Source: the human T2T-CHM13v2.0 reference genome, Homo sapiens
Direction: 5' to 3' (one strand)
NCBI RefSeq assembly: GCF_009914755.1
Contig: NC_060930.1
DNA: 64,000 nucleotides
The notes beneath the pieces were generated by a model. It did no database searches and was not told the origin of the DNA. It worked only from the letters and a program-made list of their open reading frames with translations. This document shows positions 41,001 through 55,084 of the stretch, piece by piece (the first letter of the stretch is position 1; each line of letters opens with the position of its first letter). A program made the position numbers and the translations under genes.

Positions 41001-44000
41001 TGTAGGGTAGCATTTATTTTGTGCTAATAATATATTAATAATGTACCAATAGTAGTACTATAAAATAATGTACAAATTATTTTATGGAATATTTTAAGTT
41101 ATTTCAGTAAATATGTATACAGTGATATTGCTTTAAGTTAAATTATTCTACACTGCACTGTTATAATAAATGATAATGAGCTTTGGTGAATTTAAAAGTA
41201 CAATACTGGACTTTTAAGAGAATTGTCCATCCTTTTGGTAGCCCCTATTAAAATCTTCTCTGAAGACAGAGTGTGCATGTCAGAAAGTTTGGCAGAAAAG
41301 CAACCAAGCCATGTTCTAGTTTGGAAAATATAGAAATAACCATCCAGGGACAATTCAGTTTACTTTCTTATATTTCTGACTTTCTAAGATCTTGTCAAGA
41401 AACACATTAGCAACAAGGTTATTACAATTGTATGCTGTAAGAGTTTTAGTCTGCTGTAAAGGTGTTAACAATTATAGTAAATCATCTTATTTTGCCAGTG
41501 GTATGCTAATGTGCTAAATTAAGGTCTGAAACAAATCGACAACAAAAAATATCCAACTGCTAGTACTACTGAAAGTAGAATTGTATTTGTCGTTTATGTG
41601 CTTCTCATCACCAACAAATAAAACATATTTTTAAGCAAACTATTACTGCTGATTTATAAGAATTCAGTAGTTGTCTCAGAAAGAGATATTAACATTCAAT
41701 TGCATAATGGATAAGAAATAACAAATAATTCCTGCCTGATTACACACATTGATGAATTCTTGCATGGAAGAGTGTGTCCAGCTTACTAACATTTCCTGGA
41801 TGGCAAACAGAATAAATATAAAAATAATGATTTAAGGGTTTATCCTCTGAATTTCCTGGAAACATTCTCATAAAATATTTCATTACATAATCTTCAAACA
41901 AATGTTTGAGGAGTTCCAAAAGAAAATCTATTATATGTAATTATTTCATCATTTTTACTTGGAGTAATGTTAAATAAATACAGCATTATTGTCTAAATAT
42001 ACCGAATATATTTGGTAATCACTTCTACAAAATGTTATAAGTAACATAATGTAACAACATTGAAAACTCTTGAACATTTTTAACTTTTCTATAAACATAT
42101 TAGCAGTGTGCCCTTTGACTATTTCATGTTTTATCCATTTTTAGAAGTGCCCTAAAATTACTCATTTGCTTAACAGAGTTACGCCCAGCTACCCAACGAA
42201 ATCATTTCTGTCGAAGTATTTCGGAAAGCAAGTTTCATTTTGTTACTGTAAGAAATAGCATTTTGGGCCCTGTAGCCACATATCTAGCTTTGGGAATGGA
42301 ACCAAGAAATAATAAGAAAGAGCATCAGTTAATCTCTTAAATGTTAATGATATATTTATCAGATTTCTACTATTTTTAATATTGATTAATCTTATTTTAT
42401 GTAAATATATCCCAATATTTATTAATTTATTATATAACTGTCATTATTGAATTTTGTAGAAGTTTTCTTCCCTCATCTATTGTGTTTTTTATGGTTCTAT
42501 GGGGAAATGAAATTAGTATATTTATAATCAGTAGTAAAATATCCGTTTAAAAATTGTATTCAGTTCATGCTAACTGTAGAAATGTTTTTGATTATATAAA
42601 CTCCAGTCTTTTCTCCTATCCTCTCTATCTTTTCACAGAACACTTGGCTATATAGGTACTAAAAAATATCAAATGAGCGAATACAATTTTTAAATCTGAT
42701 AACATTTTTAAACACTATTAAAATCAAGGCAAACTCTTACAAATTAGAAAGATACCAAAATCCTGACAATCTGGGCTGCTCTTCACTATCAAAATATCTC
42801 CCAACTACAGTATGCAGGAAATATTTTCATGCAAAGTCACTGTGCCACTTCTGTTTCTAAATGACCAAATTTAATAATTTATATTCCTGCCTAAATATGA
42901 GCCTATAAGGCATTAAATCTAATAACATTTTTCAGAAAATATATGGGTGCTTCTCAACAGAATTTACTTGCCTACCATACCTTAAGCCAGTCAGATGATG
43001 GAATCTTTCACCTGTCAGCAAATCATATTTTAATATTCTTTCTTGTTAGGTTGTGATAAATGAGATACCACTTCTAATGTAAGATTGTATGGCTTGAAAG
43101 ATTTAATTGTATTTCTCTTTGGCGACATATTAAAAGATTATTTTTATTTTCTCTTTGGAGACAAATTAGCAAGTCATTGTAGTTGAGGGCATTCCAGTAT
43201 TTAGGAAATTTATATAAAAAATGAGTCTCAAATGTAGCTCAATAATATTTTGATTATAATAGTTTTATATATTTCAAAGGATCAGGCCATGTATAATGGA
43301 TTTCCTTGAACTATGAGCTTTAGAATATCAGAAGCCATTTCTGATTCATCTTTATAACTTTGGTTCCTAAGACACTAATTAATAAATGTTTATTTAAAAA
43401 ATAAAGCTTTGTTTCAGGACAGTGACACTTAATTTTCAAATGAAGCAGTATTTCAATTATTTTAATAATAACCTGAATATTTATGGATAATAACCTTATT
43501 GACAGCAGGAATTTTGACCATCATAATCATACATAACTAATTTTCAAGTACTTCACAGATAATTTTGTTTTTCTCCCCATTGAACTAAGCAAGTTAAAGA
43601 AATGGTTCTCGACATCTAGAAACTTGCACTTTGGAGAAACAATTCCTAATGCAAAATTTGTTTGTTTGATAAATAAATATTGAACTTCAGTTATGTCCAA
43701 AGCAGGAGGTGATTTTAAAATTCATAAGTAAAACTTCCTTTTCCTTAGAAGTTTTTAATCTGCTAGGAAGAGTAAGACAATCTAATAATTATAGTGAAAG
43801 TCCATTTTTAATTCAAAGCCAAGAAAAATGGAAGTTAAGGAAGGCAGAGGTTGTTTATGTTTAGTTAATGAGGAGACAGTTCATGGAGGTGGTGCCATTT
43901 GAATTAGGCTTGGTGAGAGATTTACTTGCAGGCATCACTAGAAAAGCAGGTGTTTTAAGTTTAGGAAAATGTAAGAAACGGTGCAGTGGTTTTACGAATC

Positions 44001-45746
44001 CCATAGCAACAAGTAGTCCACTTTGGCCACACAATGTAAGTAGGACGTAACTCAAAAAGTTTATTGAGAAGCAATAATGGCCTAGGTGAGGATGACTTCA
44101 GTGGACACGTAAACAAAAGATAACTAACAATGTGAAGTAGTATTTCCATTGCTAGATAGATTACAGTAATGACTCTTATCTCCTCATCTATCGATGTGCT
44201 TGTCTGTATGTTTAAAAATACACATGGTAAAATAAGAAACGGATATGTGTTTGTGTTTTAACTTTTTAATGAATTCGATTTTACATTATTATGACCTTTA
44301 ATTTCCAGACAAAAACTTTATAACTGATAATTGACTATCAAAAGTCAAATTTTAAGTCTATTTGTTTTTTAATGATCTACTTACATATTCCTGGATGGGG
44401 GAAGAAATGACATAAAATTGTACTGAAGGAAATTATTTTTAAAATTTTTCTTTCATGTAACTTTGATTGTATCTGACTTCCAGAGCCTATTGCTTTTTAG
44501 CAAGAAGCACAGTGAAAGATTGAGAAAATGTGCCTAAACATGGCAGTCATCTCTAATCATTTGGGTTTTATACATGAACATAGTTATTTACCCACCACTT
44601 CATTGATAACATCAACATAAAGATATAGGAAATAACCCTGTATATTCATAAACCATGTACCATGTGTACATACATAATGTTATGCTATACATTATTTCAT
44701 TTGATTTCATAACTTGCTTTCCATTGCTTTCACCAAAGCAGATCATCTTTTTATTTGGTTATGTTCTTTTTCTCGTGTAACTAATGTAATATATTATCTT
44801 TGCCAACTAAGAATCATTTGAATATGAATCAACCACCCATGAAGAATTTATATTATTCAGAAAGCCTACTATGCTAAAAGTTTACCTCAACCCACATTCA
44901 CCACATAAAATAATAGCAAAAATAATTGGTTTTTCCTAAGTTTGGATGATCCAATTGGCCTAAATTTTTATTAAAAGTGAAGAAGATAATGCCATCTTGA
45001 AAGACAGCACAAATGTTTTTAAAATACCCCATTGCAAGGTATGGAGAGAACCATAACATTATCTGTTAAATCTTACTGTTAATAGCAACTCTAAAACAAA
45101 GAAGATTTTTATTTTGAAACATGGGACGTAAACTTTGGCAGAAGAAACACACTTGGTTAGGTAATAGTTTATATATTTCAATTACAAATTTGAATTAAGT
45201 CTAGAACAATGGATGTGGAATATTCAAAAAAATACCACCATAGTGTTGTTTTCCCATCTGAAAAAAAAGAATGAATTTTTAATATCTTCTCTCTTATGAG
45301 GAATTTAGTTACATCAGGACCTCATATTAATTCTTATTTTTTCAAAATAATTTTTCAGATACATTATATTGTTGTACAACAATAATCAACAATTCCAATT
45401 CAAACTTCTGATTATGTAATAAGTTTGTAATCAAGTTCATAAACTATTGAAGAATTTCTTATCGCAAATATTGTGACATGATAAACTATCAGCACTAGTA
45501 TTCATATAACATTGATTATTGATAAGTGGAAATAACTATGGTGTAGGATATTGAAATTTAATTTCTAGGATATTGAAATTTAATTTGCATTACACATATT
45601 TTAAGAGATGTAAATCACATTCCAACTAACAATATAAAATGATTTACTTAAATTCGTTCTATTCTTTAAAAAAATGAACACTTCAACTTGTTTTAAACTT
45701 AAGAAAGTGTTAAAAATTGAATGTGACACTTTTAAAATCATCCCAA

Positions 45747-46031
45747 GGCTGGCCATGGTGGCTCCTACCTGCAATCCCAACAATTTGGGAAGCAGAGGTG
45801 GGAGGATCCCTTGAGGCCAGGAGTTTGAGATCAGTCTGGGAAAGATAGTGAGACCTGCTCCAACAACAACAACAAAAACTAAAATTAGCTAGGCATGGTG
45901 GATGGTGCTTGTTGTCTTAGCTACTTGGGAGGCTGAGGCAAGGGAGAGGATCACTTGAGCCCAGGCGTTCAAGTTTACAGTGAGCTATGATTGCACCACT
46001 GCACTTCAGCCTGGGTGACAGACCAAGACCC
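45747..46031 (+). mobile_element. AluJ, tail lost
   Basis: Diverged dimer with J-type words (cttgaggccaggagtttgag, gtgagctatgattgcacc). Confidence 0.85.
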
Positions 46032-48061
46032 ACGGACATACTCAGACCTTCTAAATTTCAAGTTCATAGTCTCTATTAAAAATAAACCATTTTCCTTAGA
46101 AGAGAGATTTCAGCCTATTATCATGCTGCCACTGAGTTGAAGAATTACCTTCTACCAGAACAGGTTATACAGTTATTTACTACATAATTAATTTGTAGGC
46201 ATGAAATAATCTTTTCAGCATTCTTTGCCTGCTCAGTGCCAAAATTACCTTAGTGTGAGCATCAGAGCCCCCAGATGACTTATGTAAACCTGTACTCTGA
46301 CATAAATGCTGAAAACAATAGACATACCCGCAACTTAAAATACAAATTCAAGAGGAAATAAGGTGAAGCATACTGTTGATAAAAATTTACTACTAAATTC
46401 CGGTGCTATTTCATATCCAGAAACATTCTAATTGCATATAATATTTGAAAATATTGGATAGTCAGTCTAGATATAAAATTCCTAAATTGTTCATTTTCAA
46501 AATTGTTAAATGAGTGATTAGATACTTCTTATGGCCTGGCAAAACATGGTTTAGACACCACATACAGCACACATAACTGAATGGAATGAAAGGATGTTGG
46601 CGGTAATGGAAAATAGTGATGGATTTTACAAGGTCAAACCCACTGACATTTTGTTATTGATAAGCAGAATCAGCTACAGTGTAGGATATTGCCGAATTCT
46701 AAGCAAATGAATTTTTAAAATATATTACATAGAAGCTATTCTTTTACATTTTCTGCCTTGGATATTTTCTCACCTGACAAAAACAAACACACATTTAGAT
46801 TTCTCAGATTTCTCAGAGGATGTTCTTTTGAGTAGATTATCTGTAAAAAATTTCTGACACATCAGTCAGGTGTCATGGTTTAATTTTTATGTGAGGATTT
46901 GGTAGGACAGATGAAAATGTGTGCTAGTCTTTTCTCCTTCCATACAAGAATTGGTAGAATTAGTGCTTACAAGATACACAGCTTAATTACACTATCTGCA
47001 GCGTCACTGGAACACACTTCACCCAGTCATCTTTGTCATGTTTAAGAGACCTGGACTTAAGGGCCTAGTAGTTTTCTTGATGTAAAAGATAGCAGCACAA
47101 TTTCTTGCCCCTCAGTATTCCCTTCCCATATCTAAACTCCTATGAGACAGAACCAACAACTATTCCATATATTAGGCTCTGATTTTAGTAAAACCACTTT
47201 TCAGTCACAGTTCAATAAGCACAGATCTCTTGCAGAATTCTAAGAATATGAATTTTTAAAAATATGTTATATGGAAGGTATTCTTTTACTCAACTAATTT
47301 TTTTCTTTCTTCCATTTGTTCCCGAATTAGTACCAGACATTTTTTTTCTGCCTTTCTTGAAAGTTCTACTATCAAATAATCAAATAACAGAAGGCTAGAA
47401 ACAATAAATTTTATAAATATAACTTTTAAAAGAGAAAATATTCTCTTACATGTGATTAGAAAAGGGGGGAGGAATTAATTGGGGCAGGGAAGGAAATAAT
47501 GAGAATGAACAATGCCACTATATTCCATGAGCCTTTGAGAACACCAAGGGCAACCTCATCTTTGGATGAAAAAAAAAAAAAAGGTAGTCTATTAAGTGAC
47601 TGGGTTTACCTTAGAAAATATAAGTTACAGGACTGAGTAATCTAGTAACAAGAAAACTGCTGACAAACTTCTGGGGGTGATTGTTGTTTAGCAAAGAAGC
47701 AGATGCAACTAAGTCAGGATTCTCTCTCTAAAAAAACAACAGTTAACACTGTGGTTGTATTTTTTTCTTATGTGTTACTTCAAAACCTTATCAGAAAAGA
47801 GTACAGTATCTCTGTTAAGTTCACTTAAAATCTGTTGTGTCATTTTATTGACTATTACTGTTTTTTGAAATCTTGTTCATGTTTATAGGTTTTCTGACTT
47901 GAGTTTAGAGATATTCCAAGCAGATTAGCCTAGCAAGTTTAGAATTGTGAATTTAATAATTATCTTCTAGGTATGTATAGGAACATATTGCATGAGACAG
48001 TAATGTAATTTGTGAGAAATGTCTACACACAAGCTTTCATATACCTTTATTCTGTCTTTAG

Positions 48062-48172
48062 AATTTGGAATGATGGGAGATCATACAATTAAAAGTCAGC
48101 GACCTCGATCTGTTCATGAAAAAAGGGTCCCTCAGGAACAAGCTGATGCTGCTAAATTTATGGCACAAACTG
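48062..48172 (+). CDS. ADGRB3: ADGRB3/BAI3 internal coding exon (111 bp, phase 1-1), linker before the TSRs: (E)[36 protein letters not shown](G); probably exon 4
   Basis: Acceptor cctttattctgtctttag ends at 48061 and the donor is ACTG|gtaata at 48173. The peptide is recognised as BAI3 and joins in frame to the next exon (G+GT=Gly). Exon number is from recall. Confidence 0.93.
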
Positions 48173-50393
48173 GTAATACGTTAGTTACATTTTTCTATTT
48201 ATTGTTGTTAATTTAATGAAACCACTGCATGTTTTCATAATCTTTTGCTGCACATTTGTCAGTTTTTGGAGCTGATATTTTTTCGAGCCATTTTTTTTGT
48301 CACCAGTTAAAGTCCATAAATAAAGTAGCTGTGAATTGAAAAGTGCACAAAAATTATGTAAGAATTATTTTGCTTTCAGTATGGGACATTTAGGATTTAC
48401 ATAGTAGCATTTATGCTAATTAACTACTTAAAATGTATCATTAAACTTTTAAAGAAAGACAGCCAAAGTTATTTCTTCAATAATTGATTGACATAAGACT
48501 TTCAAAAATTAGAACTTTAAATGACTCTAGACAATGAAATTTATTTTAACAATATTGAATATATTGAATTTTTTCAAGTATGATCCTACTTGTATTAATT
48601 ATTGTTAAAATGCACAGAAAATATAAACTTTTAAAAAATTTAATAATTTTTATTTGAAAAGAGTTTTGTTATATAAGCTAAATAATAAAAAGTTGAAAGT
48701 GTTAAGCAAGGTGTAACACACTCCATCTAATTAAATACCAACCTAAACTGACTTTCTACTTTATAAAATGTTTAATTCTAAATTAATTAGATTACTTTTA
48801 AAAACCTCCCTCCAAATATATCTGTAAATATTTGGAGTATGTATAATTTATGCCCATTATTTAGTTACAGAATTTGAACTAATATATGTATTCATATTTT
48901 TTCTTATCACAATAAATGGTCTAATTTCATCTGAGTACATTGCATGTAGTACATCCTTAAAAAGTGTTTCAACTTTGTTATGTAAATTTTCAATTGTCAC
49001 CTTTATTTTGGGAAATTGAAAGCTAACAGTTTTATCTATGTCTTAAAAAATTGTATACATCTCAATGTTTTGCCATTAATACAGAAGTTTCAAGTACATG
49101 ACCAGTTTCCTGACATGACATTTAGACTGATAGTGATGAAATTCCCCCAAGAAATGAATATTTCCTTCAGTTCACATGTTCTTAAGATAATAGTTTTTAG
49201 AACAGTAGATCTGAATCTACAGTATAAAAATGCAAATATTGTTAATGAGTTTTGCTCTTAATAAGGGGTGAGTAGAAGATTTTGATACATTAGTTGAGTT
49301 GTAAGGAGGTCAAATTTTCAGAACAAGAAGTTTAAAATAAATTTTACAAGGATTCACTTTTAGTTTTTTTGAGATATATATTGCAACCAAATACAGAAAT
49401 GTAGAAACTTGCTTATCTGGATCCCTTTTTGTGCACTTTCTTGTTTAAGAAAAATTGATTTTTATTTTTACTATTTGTTTGAACAAGTCTAAAAGTGCAT
49501 TATCAGGTTTAGGCAAATTTCCAAATTTCTAAATGTATTTCTCTCCTTTACAGGGAGCAAAAAGTCTCAACCACTGAGCAGAGATTAGAGACATTAAGTC
49601 AAGGCACAGGGGCATGGGCTGACTACTCATCTTTGTCGGCACCATCTAATGGGGGCATTTCTGCAAGATTAAAAAAGGTGTATTTTATTTGTGCAAAAGA
49701 GATGGCAGGCATTGGTTTACTGAAGTTCCTAAAAATTGGAGTCAATAGGAAGTGAAATGGAAAATGATAGTTTTAAATTTCCAATAGCGTAACATGATTA
49801 GTTTATGTGTAAATATTATGCAATTTAGCCAAAAGTTTTTGTACAAGTTTTTTTTATTTGTCTGTGACATAGTTCAATTCACAGTTTTCAGCCAAAACCC
49901 TTTTGGTAAATTCAAATTTCAAGGAACATTGTGTTTTCCTAGTAAGGAATTACTAATTTCAAAATGATGAATAATAAATATTTATTCTTTTATTTTAACC
50001 AAATATAGTATAGACAAACATAAATACATGTATAAGACTTTTAACAGAAGACAATTATAATGTGAAAAAGAGAAGAATATTTTTCCTTAAATATTTTCCT
50101 AGATTATACTTTTTTAAGGTGTTAAGGTAGTCTGAATAAATACAGGTAAGTGTCACACAATGAAATTTTACAAAAATTAAGCTTTACTTATAAAAGTGTT
50201 CCCTGTATTTGTCTTTAAGCCAGAAAAAAGACTGTAACATATAAATAATATAAAATTTGTTAACAGTAATTTGAGAACAAAGAATAAGGCAAAAACATAC
50301 ATTTAAATAATAATAAAAGACAATATATTTTTATATTAATCATGGAGAAAAAAGCAAAGGCTATCACACTTTAATATTTAAGAATTACTTCTC

Positions 50394-50722
<329 letters not shown>

Positions 50723-51143
50723 TCAAAATGAGTAAACTGGCCTCTTCAATCAATATGATCAGTAAAAGATTGTAATTAAAAGCAATCTTTCTACAGAGTG
50801 ATAAAGTGAGTGTGACTTTTTTAAAAAGAGTAACATTTGATAAAGTAGCATAGTTTGGATATAAATGATGGTGCTCTAATAGCCTATCATGCAATCTTTA
50901 TTTATTATTAAGGAATATAAAATTAAATGATATCATATAATATATATATTTAATATAGACATCTAAATTAAATGCCAATAAGATGGCTTAAGATATCCTA
51001 GTTACATTTTCTTATGCTTAAGCATCATAGTCATCAATTAATTTATAAACATGTTTAGAAAAGCAGTCTTTCATTACCGTGAGGAAAATAGCCTAAATTT
51101 GGACTATGTAGCATTTTATCTAAAATTTTAAAAAATAAAATTA

Positions 51144-51450
51144 GGCTGGGTGCAGTGGCTCATGCCTGCAATCCTAGCACTTTGTCATTTACAAGGCGGG
51201 TGAATTACCTGAGGTGGGAGTTCAAGACCAGCCTGACCATCATGGTGAAACCCCGTCTCTACTAAAAATACGAAAAATTAGCTGGGTGTGGTGGCGCACA
51301 CCTGTAATCTCAGCTACTCAGGAGGCTGAGGCAGTAGAATCTCTTGAATCAAGGAGGCAGAGGTTGCAGTGAGCCAAGATCACACCATTGCACTTCAGCC
51401 TGGACTATAGAGTGAGACTTCGTCTCAATAAGTAAATAAATGAATAAATA
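51144..51450 (+). mobile_element. AluS-family element
   Basis: Dimer with an (AAAT)n-type tail and aaataaaatta on both flanks. Confidence 0.9.
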
Positions 51451-52937
51451 AATAAAATTAAAAGTACATTTCTAATTTCATGACTTTAAGATAATAGCAA
51501 AAGTTTATATTAATATTTTGTTCATAATTTAAAATGCATTCTCACATATTATCTCACTCAATCTTCACAGATTTTGAAGTAAATATAATATTCATTTTAT
51601 CGAAGACATTCAAAGAAATAAAATGACTTTCTCAAGGTCACAGAGCTATTATTCAGTAGATTTCCATCAATCACAGGTCTTCTGACTTTAATTGCAATGC
51701 TTTTCCAGTTTCCTTTTGTGTTTCATGCTAGACTAAAGAGCTTTTAGTTCATACTATCTCCAAAGATACATATATTAAAAACAGTATACTTTGTCTTATA
51801 GTTTACTATTTTAATGTCATTGAATATTTTTAACATCTTTCTTATAATGTATATTAGTTATTCTCACAATGGCCTAATGTGCTTGACTAGAATGTTCTTC
51901 ATACTTTTATAAATAAGGAAGTGGCAGCAGGGAAAAAAGAAGTATTTAGTGGAAATGTCACTGAAACTATGGGATTTGAGTTATAACAAGAACATTTTGA
52001 TAGGTAGGCCACTATTTCACTGGCAAAATTTTAATTCAAAATCTGAAAGCCAATGTTTTATTTATTTACTTAGTTTATTTTTGATCAATGAAGAGAGAGG
52101 AAGAGTGACAAGACCAATTCTGAGCATTCATTATCAAACTCTCATGATCCAGTCACCACTGCTTAGCCTGTTCAGCATCATTGCAGTATCATACATTCAG
52201 AAGCAACCCAAATGTTTAAATACTTGTACGAAAGTAATTTAAATATAGGGCTTGATCTGAATTCACTGCTCAGTTTAGTTAAATTATGTTTTCTGTCATT
52301 ATGACAGTGCAAGAGGAAAAGGACTGCTTTTATGGTAAAATAGAACTAATTTTATTCATAACCTTTATCATTTCACTTATAGAATCCACATTGTTCATAA
52401 TTTTCTGACTTTTAATTAATAACATGCAACCATAATATTTATACCTCACTTAATCTCATCATAGTTCAGAACATCATTTTAAAAAGTGTATTATATTTTC
52501 CCTAACTTCAGCTTAAATTTTCTATTGCTAAATTTACATGCACATATACACATATATGTGGATTTTTTAACTATTATCCTTCTATTTGGTTTATAGAATA
52601 ATGATTTTCAATCTTGATAGAGTATTTTTTAATGTAAAAGAACAAATTATGAAGCATGGCTTTAACTGTTATTCAAATAGTCATCCAAGGACATTTTTAT
52701 GAAATTAGCAATATATAAATTTGTGAAGAAAAAAATTCTGAATTGATGAAGGGTTATCTATACATTATTTTCAAGTCACATTGATCACAACACTGAAAAG
52801 CAGTCCCATTTGATGTAATCTGTCATCCCAGTTACTATTGTCTGTGCCCTTACAATATATGTCCAGTTATAAACAGATGGTCATCTATGCCTCTTGGTGC
52901 ATGATGCAGAACAATATAAGAGCAAATGCGTCATAAT

Positions 52938-53191
52938 GGTACTACTCAAAGTGTGGTTAGTGGATCAGTGTTTGTCCGCAAACTGGCCGTTATGGTCTCT
53001 CAAAGGAATAAGCAGTTTACATCAGAATGTAAAACCAACTACTTCATCAAGCACAGGTTTTATTTAAGCTGACATTTCATTTTTAGAACAAATTTCTCAC
53101 TGAGAAAATCTGTGTGTTGAATTACATTCTGGCCCAAACTCCTTCTTCCCTAGAGCACTAGTTTGTGGACCAGCTGCCTTGAGTAGCACTG
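52938..53191. mobile_element. hAT-Charlie-like MER element
   Basis: Inverted termini tactactcaaagtgtggt ... ggaccagctgccttgagtagcactg. Confidence 0.5.
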
Positions 53192-54352
53192 CAAATAATT
53201 TTCAAGTCATTTACTAACTCTCTAGAAAACGATGGACAAATACATGATCATATTCTATCCTTTGAATTCTATTCCAAAGGCAAATTATAAACAGAAACAT
53301 AAAATATTGTTAAATTGCTCTTTGATCTACTAATCAGTGATACAAAGTTTTCAGAAACATTTCACCTACAAATTTTTTTTCAATGACTAAATGGTTAACT
53401 TAAGTAGTTAACTGCTAGCAGCTAAATGATCCAGTGTGACTTTGGAGAAAACAACTGCAAATTTTCCAATCAATTTTTAAAATTCATCCTGAACATGATG
53501 CCATGACAGAAGTGTATTTCGTTGGTCATAGAAATGTTTGACTTTTGAGTCTCCTTGAGACATAATAAAAGAAATTCGACATAGTTTTATTGAGATGCTA
53601 ACTCCAAGAAAATTAATGAATTTAGACATTCATTAGCTTTTTAGAACTCCATTTTAAATAAATTTTAATTCCATATCAAATTAATGAAAATTATCAAGAA
53701 ATTTTTCTTTATTTTGAGTTAAAAAATCACTACTCTAGATCATAGGTGAAATTGTTAGCAGAAGGATTTAAATAAATTACTACAAAATAAACAGCTATCA
53801 TAGTATGAAAAAGTAGGAACTGCACTAGTAATAAACTATAAATATCAGTACTCAATACAATATAAATTAGATGCGTCCAAGCTCCCAGGTTTCCACATCA
53901 TCTAGCATTAGAAAGGGTGTTATGCAATAAAGGACTAAGGAGGAACACATCAATATATTCCTGCCGCCAAAGCCATAGAGTAAGCTTAGAAATATATTTT
54001 GCTTCCTTTTCCATCAAAATACAAAGTCTTAGATTAATTTGAAGAGAATCACCTCAACAAATAGTCACATTGAAAAATGCTCATTAGTTCCTTCATAGTG
54101 TCCATGGTACAGTGTAATTTGTGAAGAGTATTTTGCTAATAAGGTTATGGCAAAACTTGGTGTTTGCATCAGCATTATATGCATTCGTCTTTAAACTTCA
54201 TTTTCTCTGAAATGTTTTCATGTACCTTTTGATGTATGGTCATATTTTTACATTTAAATTATTCTTGCATGTCATAATGTCAGTTTGGTATAATGCTTAC
54301 TAGATGAATACTTAAGACAGTATTTCATGTTTATTTGTTGTCTTGCACGCAG

Positions 54353-54514
54353 GTGAATCTGGTGTGGAAGAGTGGTCCCAGTGGAGCACATGTTCGGTTA
54401 CTTGTGGTCAAGGGTCGCAGGTGCGAACCAGAACTTGTGTATCACCTTACGGGACACACTGCAGCGGCCCATTAAGAGAATCAAGGGTTTGCAATAACAC
54501 TGCCCTCTGTCCAG
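54353..54514 (+). CDS. ADGRB3: ADGRB3 coding exon (162 bp, phase 1-1), thrombospondin type-1 repeat 1: [54 protein letters not shown]
   Basis: Acceptor ttgttgtcttgcacgcag ends at 54352 and the donor is CCAG|gtagtg at 54515. TSR signature WxxWxxCxxTCxxG..RxRxC with 6 Cys. Confidence 0.96.
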
Positions 54515-55060
54515 GTAGTGTTAGCAGCAACTACAACTGTGGATGTTATTGAATTGTGTCATGCTACGCATTTGGAACGATTTGTTATTTTCATATGAAA
54601 CGGGTATAGGCATTTTGATTAGAGTGGATAAGTGTAATTATTATTCAACTGTAATATTTTAAGATGTCTGTGATTATTTCTGCTTTTAAAGCAGTCAGCA
54701 AATTAGGTAAATGGCTCCTTTCTTCACTGCAAATATCAGTTTCTAATCTGTGTGTATCTACTTCTAATAATATTTAAGGTTCAATTATCTTTCTGTGTTT
54801 TAGATGGTGAAAATGTTCAATTGAATGCTTGAGGAAAAATGTAATCTGCCTACATACTAAAAATATAATGTATATTCATGGCTTAAGGCAGTGGTTGACA
54901 TAGTCTGTCAGGCAGTCAGCAGTTTTTCTATCACTTATCTGACCCTATCAAAGAAAAGAGTGTCCCTGACCAAATAACTTCTTGGTATTTTATTTCATTA
55001 AAGTAACTTTCATCATCAGAGGTATCCACTGCTTTGTAAACTTAAATGAAACTTAATGAA

Positions 55061-55084
55061 GAGAGAGAGAGAGAGAGAGAGAGA
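55061..55084 (+). repeat. (GA)n microsatellite
   Basis: Direct reading. Confidence 0.95.

Noticed and set aside
39200-45700. Long AT-rich stretch with few recognisable repeats
   Set aside because: No ORF, RNA gene or clear structure is visible. Conservation cannot be judged from a single sequence.
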